The notes beneath the pieces were generated by a model. It had not been told where the DNA came from. It did not search any database and saw only the letters and a list, made by a program, of their open reading frames with translations. This document shows, one piece after another, positions 1 to 9,153 of a stretch of 64,000 bases of DNA. Origin of the DNA: Parcubacteria group bacterium ADurb.Bin159. Its GTDB lineage: Bacteria > Patescibacteriota > Patescibacteriia > UBA2591 > MWDC01. Position numbers and translations under genes: made by a program. Location of the stretch: the NCBI GenBank assembly GCA_002070355.1, contig MWDC01000001.1, forward strand, positions 67,994 through 131,993. Direction: 5' to 3'. The stretch's first letter is position 1. Every line of letters begins with the position of its first letter.

Positions 1-1042
1 CTTTTTCGGTAATAAAACCACCAACTTTAGAAACCATCAAATAACCACCATTTTTTAATTCAATAATAGACTGAACATCTTCATCTCCAGTAGGAGATAA
101 AGGGGTATTACCAGGCCAATTTTTTGTTTTTAAAAATTTTAGCCATTCTATGTCAGCTGAAGAATTAAGTTTAGCCACAAAGCCGTCTGGCGGAACAAAC
201 ACAATATTAGGGTCAGTCATACCCGAAATAATATAACCACCATCTTTTGTTTGCCAAGCGCTTTTAATTCTCGTGAAAACTAAAAGTCGATACGATTTAG
301 CAAAAGTAGTATTAGCAAAATGTAAAACAGGCTCTACGGGTATATTCAAAATTAATTTTTCTTCCCCCGAAATTACCTTCTCTCCTGTTTCATAAATTTC
401 ATTAGGTTCAATCTCAATAACATTTTCCATGGCTAATCGATTATCATAAAAAGTATCAAGAGAAGGAATCGGTCTTTTCTTACCATTTTCTATTAAATAT
501 ATTCCCGCTTCTCCTTTGTATTTAACTAAAGTTCCATCAGGATGAATATCAGTTCTTTCTATCATCTCCCCCATAGGATAAGCAAATTTGTCTAAAAGGT
601 CATCGGGTATCCAAATAACTTTTTTCCATTGCGGGTCCTTAAAAAGGGACTGATAAACATCAGAAGATTTAATAGGTCTCAACTTTCCATTTTCTACATA
701 AAAAACCGCCGCTGCGGTTTTACCATATAAACTTGTAGTTGTGCCACGAAAAAGAGAGCCGTCACGAAAAGGTATCGGCTCTCCTTCTGTATAATTTGAT
801 AAATCTGAAACTATTTTAACGGTAGAAAAATCTCTGGGTAAACCCCAAGAAAGATAAACGCTAAGATGAGGGAAAACCCTCTTTTGCCCGTTCATAATAA
901 GATAAAGAGCGGGATTATCTTTAGTTCTTACCAAATCTCCTTCTTTAATATCTTGCGCTTTGACTAACCCACTGAAACATAAAACTGAAAAGAAAAATCC
1001 TATTAAAATTAGGCTGAAAGTTCTTAAATTTTTGTTAATCAT
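1..1042 (-). CDS. Secreted hypothetical protein, 5' end complete; gene runs off the window start. Omitted from the ORF track because it is truncated.
   Basis: Reverse-strand ATG at 1040-1042. Translation MINKNLRTFSLILIGFFFSVLCFSGLVKAQD... has a signal-peptide-like N-terminus. The frame is open to position 1 (I translated about 347 aa without a stop). Confidence 0.5.
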   Translation of the reverse strand, partial: MINKNLRTFSLILIGFFFSVLCFSGLVKAQDIKEGDLVRTKDNPALYLIMNGQKRVFPHLSVYLSWGLPRDFSTVKIVSDLSNYTEGEPIPFRDGSLFRGTTTSLYGKTAAAVFYVENGKLRPIKSSDVYQSLFKDPQWKKVIWIPDDLLDKFAYPMGEMIERTDIHPDGTLVKYKGEAGIYLIENGKKRPIPSLDTFYDNRLAMENVIEIEPNEIYETGEKVISGEEKLILNIPVEPVLHFANTTFAKSYRLLVFTRIKSAWQTKDGGYIISGMTDPNIVFVPPDGFVAKLNSSADIEWLKFLKTKNWPGNTPLSPTGDEDVQSIIELKNGGYLMVSKVGGFITEK

Positions 1043-1122
1043 AAATTATTTTTACTCTCTTTAAAATAATTAAAAACCGTCTCTCTGATAATAGCGGTAT
1101 ATCTTTTATGGGTAAAATCAAT

Positions 1123-1593
1123 TTATTGTCCTGTTAATTCGTCCATTCTTTCCACAATTCTTGGTATTAACTCTGCAGCTCGAGGCGAATTGGCAAAAGC
1201 GTTATATTCCTCCGCAGTTACTCCTTTTTCTTTAAGTAATCTTTCCAAACCGCCATCTTCTGCCAACCAATTAATATCTCCCTGAGATAAATGATAACCA
1301 TTTTGTGCGGTTATTTCCACATATAAGTCATCAGTCATTTCTGTTACAGGAACTTCTGCTGACTCTTCCGTAGGAACTCCTCCCATTCCTTCCGTTGGAA
1401 CTTCTCCTGTTTCTTCCATAGGAGCCTCTTCTATCCCTTCCATAGGAACTTCTCTCATTTCTCCCATAGGAATTTCCACTTCTTCTTCGGGGGTTATTTT
1501 TTTGGTAGAACTGCTGGCAATAGCCATTATTAAAATAATTACCAAAACTACCACTAAAATAATAATTAAAGTTTTTTTAGATTTTGAATCCAT
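1123..1593 (-). CDS. Membrane-anchored protein with acidic degenerate tandem repeats (EVPMEG/EAPMEE/EVPTEG)
   Basis: ORF-track protein with one N-terminal TM helix, then a Glu/Pro/Met-rich repeat region, then a non-repetitive C-terminal domain. Confidence 0.45.
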   Translation of the reverse strand: MDSKSKKTLIIILVVVLVIILIMAIASSSTKKITPEEEVEIPMGEMREVPMEGIEEAPMEETGEVPTEGMGGVPTEESAEVPVTEMTDDLYVEITAQNGYHLSQGDINWLAEDGGLERLLKEKGVTAEEYNAFANSPRAAELIPRIVERMDELTGQ

Positions 1594-1654
1594 ACAATTT
1601 TAATTAGATAAAAAATTAAATCTGATTTTTTCGACCTTTACACTTTACTGCTAA

Positions 1655-2053
1655 TTAAAACTTAAATTGTTCTCCTAATTTCCCTAGTATAGGCAATGGC
1701 TTTTGTAAACCTTTAGCTGCGTTCATAATTCCCAAAATCATTAAAACAAACACACCAATATCCAAAAGTGTGGCGATTATGCTCAATTGCCAAGGGAGAA
1801 TCCAACTGACAATACTTACCACTATCCAGGCTAAAAATATAACTAAACCTTGTTTAACATGATATTTAACAAATGGGTCTTTCTTGGCGTCGGTTAAAAG
1901 TGGAATAAAAAAAAGAATATAAGCAACAATGGCCATCCCCGTATTTTTCTCTTCTGTTTTAGTTTTTAATGGCTCACTTGGCTGACCAGGATTTTGAGAA
2001 GGAGTTTCTTCAAAAGAAGATTTCTCTTCAAATGATGGAGTTGTTTCTTCCAT
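1655..2053 (-). CDS. Small membrane protein, DUF4870-like
   Basis: Two predicted TM helices around the motif FVKYHVKQGLVIFLAWIVVS. Family assignment from memory. Confidence 0.45.
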   Translation of the reverse strand: MEETTPSFEEKSSFEETPSQNPGQPSEPLKTKTEEKNTGMAIVAYILFFIPLLTDAKKDPFVKYHVKQGLVIFLAWIVVSIVSWILPWQLSIIATLLDIGVFVLMILGIMNAAKGLQKPLPILGKLGEQFKF

Positions 2054-2139
2054 ATAATTTTGCTTAATTTTATAAATTATATTTCGACCTTATAAATATT
2101 ATAAAATTAAAATAAATAATGTAAAGGGGGATAATTTTA

Positions 2140-3687
2140 TTATTTAAAAATTAACCTTTTCTTGCATTCTTCTTCTCCTAAAATTTGCATAATTTGATAC
2201 AAATCAGGAGTTTTGGTTCTGCCGGTAATAGCAAACCTTATCACTTGGGCTATCTCCCCAATATGCCCTCGATATTTATCTTTATTGTTTTTATATGTTT
2301 TTATGTCCGGGGCAAAATTGAAATTAGCGGCAATTTGTTTGATTTTTTCTAACCATTTTTCTCGGGAATCATTAAAATCAAATATTTTTTTATATTGCCC
2401 AATAATCTCTTTTATCTCTTCCGATTGAAGCACGCTTTTGAAATTAGCCCAATCCTGAGGAACAAATTTTTCTTTTATAAAAAAAGCAAATGTATCTTTT
2501 ACTTCTGACCAATGGCTAATATCTTTTCTTGGTTTCTCCCCTCCCCGTTCAATAGAAAAAATAGCCAGCCAATATTTTTTATCTTTTTTTAAAATCCTTT
2601 TAAAATCATTATCGTATTTTGAAGCCCAAGCTAAAACTTCTTTATATACTTCTTCTGCCTTAATTTTTGAAATAATTTCTTTGGAAATATCATCTAATTT
2701 TATTTTATCAAAAAGCGGACCGTTGCTTGCTGATAAACCCTTTAAAGATAATTTAAATTCAGTATAGGGCTTATCTGGATTATTTTTTCTCCAATCCTCA
2801 AAGTCCGAATTTGCTAAATTCATTAAATATTCTATAACGGCAATTTTCGGATATCCTTCTTTGTCATAAAAAGAAATATTAGCTTCCGGATCTTTTCTTT
2901 TAGATAACTTTCTTTTGCCACCCGATTCATCTATTTTATTAATTGGAGCAATATGACCATAATTTGGACGCTCCAAATTTAACGCTTCAAACAATTCATA
3001 ATGTATCGGCACTGATGACAACCACTCGTCACCGCGAAAAATATGTGTTGTTCCCATAAGATAATCATCAATTACGTGGGCGAAATGATAGGTGGGCAAA
3101 CCATCAGATTTCATTATAACCACATCTAAATCGTTTTCCGGCAATTCTAGCCATCCTTTAATAAGGTCATTATGGATAAATTTATTTTTATTATTGCCCA
3201 ATGACTTAAATCTAATAACATACGGCTTATTTTTAACTAACATTTTTTTCACCATTTCTTCATCCGCCTCTCTCCATTTAGCCCACTTGCCATAATAGCC
3301 CGTTCTTACTTTTAATTTTTCTTGTTCTCTTCGCATTTCTTCTAACTCTTCCTCTGTGCAAAAACAAGGATAAGCCCGGCCAATTTCTATTAAATATTTT
3401 ATAAACGCTTTATAAATTTCTTTTCTTTTTGATTGCCGATAAGGACCATAATTTCCCTTTTCTTTTCCGTTAATATCTTCTCCCTCGTCTGGCGATAAAT
3501 TAAATTTGTCCAATGATTCAATAATAATTTTGTAAGCATCTTTAATTTCTCTTTTTTTGTCCGTATCTTCTATCCGCAAAAAATAAACTCCGTTTGTCTG
3601 ATGAGCAAAACGTTCGGATATAAGAGCGGTATAAATGCTCCCTATATGCATAAAACCAGTAGGACTCGGCGCTATTCTGGTCACCAT
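2140..3687 (-). CDS. gltX: Glutamate--tRNA ligase (class I). The true start is probably Met61 of the track ORF, at 3687.
   Basis: RIAPSPTGFMHIGS (HIGH motif) and KLSKRK (KMSKS motif). AAGGGG lies 4 nt upstream of the internal ATG. The 180 nt upstream of that ATG carries an inverted copy of repeat family A, so the 575-aa track ORF is over-extended. Confidence 0.85.
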   Translation of the reverse strand: MVTRIAPSPTGFMHIGSIYTALISERFAHQTNGVYFLRIEDTDKKREIKDAYKIIIESLDKFNLSPDEGEDINGKEKGNYGPYRQSKRKEIYKAFIKYLIEIGRAYPCFCTEEELEEMRREQEKLKVRTGYYGKWAKWREADEEMVKKMLVKNKPYVIRFKSLGNNKNKFIHNDLIKGWLELPENDLDVVIMKSDGLPTYHFAHVIDDYLMGTTHIFRGDEWLSSVPIHYELFEALNLERPNYGHIAPINKIDESGGKRKLSKRKDPEANISFYDKEGYPKIAVIEYLMNLANSDFEDWRKNNPDKPYTEFKLSLKGLSASNGPLFDKIKLDDISKEIISKIKAEEVYKEVLAWASKYDNDFKRILKKDKKYWLAIFSIERGGEKPRKDISHWSEVKDTFAFFIKEKFVPQDWANFKSVLQSEEIKEIIGQYKKIFDFNDSREKWLEKIKQIAANFNFAPDIKTYKNNKDKYRGHIGEIAQVIRFAITGRTKTPDLYQIMQILGEEECKKRLIFK

Positions 3688-3740
3688 TGCCCCTTGAGGC
3701 AATTTTCTTTTTGGATATCGCTTAAAAATCTCTTCTCGAT

Positions 3741-3834
3741 GGGGACAGTCCCCAAAAAACGACCCCAAAAAGCTCGCATCAATATTAGCTTTTCTAGAAG
3801 AACTTTTGAATTTAGGGCTGTGAACCCTAAATTT
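3741..3834 (-). repeat. Repeat family A, copy 0 (inverted orientation, divergent)
   Basis: Contains ggggacagtcccc and aatttagggctgtgaaccctaaattt. Aligns with the reverse complement of the other A copies. Confidence 0.6.
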
Positions 3835-4043
3835 ATTTCTTTTAATATTTTTTATTATTTTTGCCATAATTTATTATTTATCCTAAAGTAAAAATGTTTT
3901 TTAACCCTAAAACTTTATTTTACACATTTACATATTCAATTTGCCTTATTTTCAAGATACTCTGTTTTCGAGATTTGTCAATTTATATTTGAGATACAAC
4001 AAAAACAGGGCTTTCCTTGTTTTTACTAATTTTAAAAGGCGCC

Positions 4044-4424
4044 TTAAAAGACGCCTTTGGCTCTAACTATTATGTGTATGCTCGATATTATTGTGAACAT
4101 TAGAGCAGTAACAAAGTAGCTCCAATAGAGAATTCCCACGGGCCAAGACCAAGGAATACCTGTTAACAACAAAAGTTTGGGAAGGAGAAATTTTAGTCCT
4201 CCCCAATATATTCCCACTCCCACAAACGGGATAATCCCTATAAAAGAAATCAAATACAGGATTATCCCTACTAACAGCATTCCTAAAAGATGATCAAACG
4301 TCTTTCCATAAACGAAATAGCCTACCAAGGACATTATTACAACCAATAATCTAGGGAATGACATTATCACCTTTATTTTCCCTATTTTCCCGAGCATACT
4401 GCTGCTACTTTCTTTGCTTTCCAT
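4044..4424 (-). CDS. Hypothetical integral membrane protein
   Basis: 126 aa with multiple hydrophobic helices. Confidence 0.4.
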   Translation of the reverse strand: MESKESSSSMLGKIGKIKVIMSFPRLLVVIMSLVGYFVYGKTFDHLLGMLLVGIILYLISFIGIIPFVGVGIYWGGLKFLLPKLLLLTGIPWSWPVGILYWSYFVTALMFTIISSIHIIVRAKGVF

Positions 4425-4507
4425 GAATACCTCCTTTTTTTTGTTTTTTTTTAATTTTAAAATTTACTTTAATTTTTTAAAAATATTAATATTCCAACCC
4501 CCCATCT

Positions 4508-4714
4508 TCACTTACAACATTTATTTTGATTTTTAATAAAATTTTTTATAGAGCGATTGTATGTTTTCTCTATCTCGGGCGAAAAATAACAAGCAGGCAA
4601 TTCATCGCTTTTTCGATGGTATCTTATGCAATCACAGCATATTCCTTTTCTCGGACATCCAGGATAAGTACAAGGACAATTTTTTGAATTTATTTCTTTT
4701 TTACACTCTGCCAT
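4508..4714 (-). CDS. Small cysteine-rich protein, possibly DUF6485-like
   Basis: CPCTYPGCPRKGICCDCIRYHRKSDELPACYF, nine Cys in 68 aa. Confidence 0.4.
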   Translation of the reverse strand: MAECKKEINSKNCPCTYPGCPRKGICCDCIRYHRKSDELPACYFSPEIEKTYNRSIKNFIKNQNKCCK

Positions 4715-4743
4715 ATTTTTTGCGAATTAAAATATACAAATTA

Positions 4744-5085
4744 CTAACAAGTTAAATGGAAAAAGCCGGTAATTCTTTTCCCTTCTTCTTGTAATTTATT
4801 ATATTTTTTTATTGCTTTACCCGTCTTATCCACGATTAGGTTAATTTGCTTTTCTTTTGCTTTATTCTTAATCTCAGGAGAAACTTTAGCTACACCCCAA
4901 GCTCCTGTGCCGATAATAATTGCCTGCGGGTTCTCTTTAAAAGCGTTTTCTATATCATTCTCATCAATAAAATGAGATTCTTTCCTCCACCAAGAACGTA
5001 TTTCTCCTTTCCCATCAATCTCTACATCTTCTTTGTATATTTTTCCATCAATTTTTATTTGCCCAAAAGAATAATCTTCTATCAT
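4744..5085 (-). CDS. Mth938-like (DUF498) domain protein
   Basis: IIIGTGAWGVAKVSPEI...LIVDKTGKAIKKYN pattern typical of the Mth938 fold. From memory. Confidence 0.4.
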   Translation of the reverse strand: MIEDYSFGQIKIDGKIYKEDVEIDGKGEIRSWWRKESHFIDENDIENAFKENPQAIIIGTGAWGVAKVSPEIKNKAKEKQINLIVDKTGKAIKKYNKLQEEGKRITGFFHLTC

Positions 5086-5115
5086 ATTTAATATGGAAAA
5101 TTTCGCTCTTTTAAA

Positions 5116-5457
5116 TTATAAAAACTTTACAAATTTATTATTTTTATCAACTAAAATAATCTTCGGCTTGATTCGTTTACCGGTAAGTTCAAATCCCATA
5201 ATAATAATTTCATCGCCTTTCTTAATCAAATGGCAAGCCGAACCATAAATAATTATTTTCCCGCTATTTTTTGCTTCTTCTATCACATAAGTTTCCAATC
5301 TCGCGCCGTTGGTATTATCAACTACTAAAACCTTTTCTCCGGCCAATATACCTACTTTTTTTATTAAATCTTTATCTATACCTATGCTTCCCACATAATT
5401 TAAATTTTCTCCGGTCACTATTGCTTTATGAATTTTAGATCTTAATATCCACCTCAT
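5116..5457 (-). CDS. panD: Aspartate 1-decarboxylase proenzyme
   Basis: KIHKAIVTG, the self-cleavage site LNYVG-SIGID, the ETYVI tyrosine, and length 113 aa. Confidence 0.8.
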   Translation of the reverse strand: MRWILRSKIHKAIVTGENLNYVGSIGIDKDLIKKVGILAGEKVLVVDNTNGARLETYVIEEAKNSGKIIIYGSACHLIKKGDEIIIMGFELTGKRIKPKIILVDKNNKFVKFL

Positions 5458-5525
5458 ATTATTAAAAATTGAGAATTTTCTACTTTTAGTTTACTCTTTT
5501 TTTTTAATTTTGTCAATTTAATTTA

Positions 5526-5552
5526 AAAAGGTGTTTCACCAACACCTTTTTG
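5526..5552. terminator. Bidirectional hairpin terminator
   Basis: aaaggtgtt-tcacc-aacaccttt flanked by A/T runs; overlaps the stop of the DUF218 gene. Confidence 0.5.
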
Positions 5553-6123
5553 AAAACTCCCTCCTGCTTCTTTTCTCCCTTTCTTTTCGGGGGATCAATG
5601 ATTCTCCGCGAGAATCGAGAATGGTTAAAATGTTTTTTAAAAATTCAGAGACATATGTTTTCCAGCCCACTGGATACATCAGGGGATGTTTTTTAATCTT
5701 TTTAAACCCATAAGATTTTAAAATAACCGATAGCCTGATCGTGTGCGTCCAATGAGAAATAATGACTATCTCTACCTTATCAATCTTTATCCCTTTTTCT
5801 TGCAGAACCCTCTTCATTTCTTTTACGTTCTGCCATGAATCCAATGACCTGTCTTCAATCCAAATTTTCTCTGGCTGAATTCCATAATTGTCAATTAGAT
5901 AATCCTTCATCAATTTTGAGGCGGGTTCTGTCTGCAAAAAAGAAGGTAAAAATATTCCACCAGTGCAAAAAAGTACATCTACTTTGTTGTTCAAAAACAA
6001 TCTTGCTCCTTCGTCGCACCGAATCTTTGTATCCACGGTGGTCAACATATTTTGCCTTATCACCCTCACCCCATTTACTACTTCATATCCAATTCCGCAC
6101 GAAGGGACAAATCCTATTTTCAT
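5536..6123 (-). CDS. DUF218 (YdcF/ElyC/SanA-like) protein
   Basis: VDVLFCTGG...ISHWTHTIRL core typical of DUF218. Confidence 0.55.
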   Translation of the reverse strand: MKIGFVPSCGIGYEVVNGVRVIRQNMLTTVDTKIRCDEGARLFLNNKVDVLFCTGGIFLPSFLQTEPASKLMKDYLIDNYGIQPEKIWIEDRSLDSWQNVKEMKRVLQEKGIKIDKVEIVIISHWTHTIRLSVILKSYGFKKIKKHPLMYPVGWKTYVSEFLKNILTILDSRGESLIPRKEREKRSRREFSKRCW

Positions 6124-6205
6124 CTAATCCTCCTTTTGTTGTTTAAGTTTTAATTGTTTTTTGATTTAATTATTTGATAATATAACAAAAATTGGAAAAA
6201 AGTCA

Positions 6206-6309
6206 AGCTAAATAAAAATTTAGGGTTCACAACCCTAAATTTGAAAATTCGTCCTAAAAGCCAATGTTTATGCGGGTTTGCGGAGGTCGATTTTTGGGGA
6301 CTATCCCCC
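6206..6309 (+). repeat. Repeat family A, copy 1
   Basis: aaatttagggttcacaaccctaaattt (10-bp stem hairpin) ...ccaatgtttatgcgg... ggggactatcccc palindrome. Confidence 0.7.
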
Positions 6310-6317
6310 GTTTAAAT

Positions 6318-6836
6318 TTATTCCTTGCAACAATCTAAAATTTTTTGGACAACTTTGCCTAATTTAGAAAAAATTGAAACTTTTTCGTTTTCATCTAAAT
6401 TTATTTCCCCATCACTATTTATTGCCTTTACATCTTTAACATCAATTAAATTTAAATTAATCCCCCAAAAAATATTCCACAAATCATAACTTTTTTTAAA
6501 CAATTCTTCTGCTTCCTCTTTTCGCCCTTCATTTAATTTTTTAGTGCCCACTTCCATAAACCTCATAGAAGCACTGAGTAAATGTTTAGATATACACCAT
6601 ATTTCTCCTTCGGGATTTTTAACAATTTGGGCTAAATATTTTTTTCTTAATTCTCTTGTCTCATTTAAAATTTCTAAATATTTTTTATCGTTTGTTTTAT
6701 TATATGTAAAAAATAAATGCTCTTCAAGGCTAATTAAATTCATAATCGCTACTGCCAAATCTTCTTTAGAAGAAAGATCTATTTTGTCGCTTTCTTTAAA
6801 ATCTTTAATTTTTTTAAATAATTCTTCTAATTCCAT
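6318..6836 (-). CDS. Hypothetical protein
   Basis: 172-aa ORF with no recognisable motifs. Confidence 0.4.
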   Translation of the reverse strand: MELEELFKKIKDFKESDKIDLSSKEDLAVAIMNLISLEEHLFFTYNKTNDKKYLEILNETRELRKKYLAQIVKNPEGEIWCISKHLLSASMRFMEVGTKKLNEGRKEEAEELFKKSYDLWNIFWGINLNLIDVKDVKAINSDGEINLDENEKVSIFSKLGKVVQKILDCCKE

Positions 6837-6839
6837 ATA

Positions 6840-7277
6840 TTAATAACAAATTAAAGCCATAATAAGGCTGCCCAAAATTAATAAAGACAAGGGTAAAATA
6901 ACTTTTTGATAAGGAAAAGCCGCTTTGCCCCCTCTTTTAGACCTTAAATATTTATCCCATAAAATCCCCATAGCGGCTATTATAACACCAACAATGGAAC
7001 CAAAAATTAAACGATTTATTCCTAATATAGTCATACATCCTTCCAGTAAACCGATATAATGAAATGGGATAAAAACCAAAAGCCACCATGCCAAAGTTAA
7101 AAGTGCTAATCCTATTAATGGTTTTTTTGTCTTTTTTTTATATAGCCAACGCCAAGTCCAAATAGCTAAAGCTAAAATCAGGGCTCCAATCCAAATACCG
7201 GAAATAACATCATCAACTTTAAGCCACCGTGACAGGCCTACGCCAGCGGCTATACCTATAGTGCAAACAGGACACAT
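6840..7277 (-). CDS. Hypothetical membrane protein
   Basis: 145 aa, four hydrophobic segments; abuts the previous gene. Confidence 0.4.
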   Translation of the reverse strand: MCPVCTIGIAAGVGLSRWLKVDDVISGIWIGALILALAIWTWRWLYKKKTKKPLIGLALLTLAWWLLVFIPFHYIGLLEGCMTILGINRLIFGSIVGVIIAAMGILWDKYLRSKRGGKAAFPYQKVILPLSLLILGSLIMALICY

Positions 7278-7321
7278 AATTTAAATAATTTTTCAATTTT
7301 ACTACAAGGGGGGTCAACAAA

Positions 7322-7543
7322 TTAAAGCTCTTCTTTCTGGAATTTTATTTCCTGCGTTTCATCTAATTTTCTAAGAAGTTTAGTTAATTCTGCCACATGC
7401 TCTTTTTCGTCATTTCTAATATGACTTAAAATTTTTTTGATTTCTTCTTCACTCGCTTCATCTATATGCTCTTGATATTGATTAATGGCTCCCAATTCTC
7501 CTATTAAATCCTCTCTTAAATTTTTTAAATCTCTATTGTTCAT
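7322..7543 (-). CDS. Small ferritin-like/rubrerythrin-like two-helix protein (tentative)
   Basis: Paired ELGAINQYQEH and EKEHVAEL motifs (E..E..H-type half-sites). Confidence 0.3.
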   Translation of the reverse strand: MNNRDLKNLREDLIGELGAINQYQEHIDEASEEEIKKILSHIRNDEKEHVAELTKLLRKLDETQEIKFQKEEL

Positions 7544-7625
7544 ATAATATATGTTTTATATTTTAACGACCTTTTATTTATTTTATATTATAACAAATTT
7601 TAATAATTAGCAAAATAAAAACCAA

Positions 7626-9113
7626 TTAATATGCTTTGGCGAAAATAACTTTTTTTGATGCTCTTTTCCCACAAACAACACACTTGCTCTCTTCGCTTTT
7701 TTCTTTCTCATCTAATATGCATCTAATGGTGGCGGTAGTTTCTTCTTTTACTTTGTCCTCGCATTTTGAATCACCACACCAATAAGCATTTATAAAACCA
7801 TCTTGTTCGCTTTTAGTAAATCTGTTTTTTAAATCTTTATAAGAATTTACCTGAACAGTTAATTCTTGGCTATATTGTTTAGCGCGATTATAAAGATTTA
7901 ATTGTATATCATCTAATAAAATCTTAATCTCTTTAATTAAAGTGTTTATGTGAATTTCTGTTTTTACTCCTGTATCACGCCTTACTGCTACCACAGTATT
8001 ATTTTTAACATCACGAGGGCCAATCTCAATCCGCAAAGGCGTGCCTTTCCTCTCCCATTCATAAAATTTTGAACCCGGCCGTTTATCTCTCTCATCAATA
8101 TAAACATTATAATTTGTTTCTGAAATTATTTTGTCGGCTGTTTCCTTGGCTTTAGCCACAATAGGTTCTTTCTCGTAATTCTTATCCCAAATAGGCACTA
8201 TAACTATAGGAGTAGAAGCAATTTTAGGCGGCAAAATTAATCCTTTATCATCACTATGTGTCATTATTAATGCTCCAATAACCCTTGTGCTCATTCCCCA
8301 GCTTGTTTGCCAAACATATTGCTCTAACCCCTTTTCGTCGGCAAATTTAATATTAAAAGCTTTAGCAAAATTTTGACCAAGCATATGAGAAGTGGCTAAT
8401 TGCAATGCTTTGCCGTCCTGCATCATTCCTTCTATGGTGGCGGTATAAACCGCCCCGGCAAATTTTTCATTTTCAGTTTTTATCCCCGTAATTGCCGGAA
8501 TGGCCAAATAATCCTCCACAAAATTATGATAAAGTTCTAATATATCTCTGGTCATTTCGTCTGCTTCTTTTTTTGTAGAATGAGCAGTGTGCCCTTCTTG
8601 CCATAAAAATTCTGTAGTTCTTAAAAATGGTCTTGTTCTTAATTCCCAACGCATTACATTAGCCCATTGATTTAATATCAAAGGAAGATCTCGATAAGAT
8701 TGTATCCATTTGGCATAGGTGTGATAAATTATCGTTTCCGAAGTTGGTCTAATAATATACGGTTCCTCTAACAATCCAGCGGGAATTAGTTTTTTATCCT
8801 TTGCCACTAAACGATGATGTGTAACCACAGCGCATTCTTTGGCAAATCCCTTTACATGTTCAGCCTCTTTTTCAAAAAAACTTTTGGGAATAAGAAGGGG
8901 GAAATAAGCGTTTCTTACCCCTTTTGATTTAAGCATAGCGTCTAAAATTTTTTGCACATTCTCCCATATAGCATAACCGTTTGGTTTAAAGACAATGCAA
9001 CCCTTTACCGGTGAATTCTCGGCAAGTTCAGCTGCTTCTATTATGTCCAAATACCACTCTGAATAATTTTTAGACCGCGGAGTAATTTTGTATTGACATT
9101 CTTCTTGTTCCAT
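7626..9113 (-). CDS. proS: Proline--tRNA ligase, archaeal/eukaryotic-type class II
   Basis: The YSEWY N-terminus, class II motifs, and the C-terminal zinc-binding ...CVVCGK... end characteristic of the short ProRS type. Confidence 0.85.
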   Translation of the reverse strand: MEQEECQYKITPRSKNYSEWYLDIIEAAELAENSPVKGCIVFKPNGYAIWENVQKILDAMLKSKGVRNAYFPLLIPKSFFEKEAEHVKGFAKECAVVTHHRLVAKDKKLIPAGLLEEPYIIRPTSETIIYHTYAKWIQSYRDLPLILNQWANVMRWELRTRPFLRTTEFLWQEGHTAHSTKKEADEMTRDILELYHNFVEDYLAIPAITGIKTENEKFAGAVYTATIEGMMQDGKALQLATSHMLGQNFAKAFNIKFADEKGLEQYVWQTSWGMSTRVIGALIMTHSDDKGLILPPKIASTPIVIVPIWDKNYEKEPIVAKAKETADKIISETNYNVYIDERDKRPGSKFYEWERKGTPLRIEIGPRDVKNNTVVAVRRDTGVKTEIHINTLIKEIKILLDDIQLNLYNRAKQYSQELTVQVNSYKDLKNRFTKSEQDGFINAYWCGDSKCEDKVKEETTATIRCILDEKEKSEESKCVVCGKRASKKVIFAKAY

Positions 9114-9153
9114 TTAATAAATATTAATTATCTAAATTAAAACTTTTGACATC

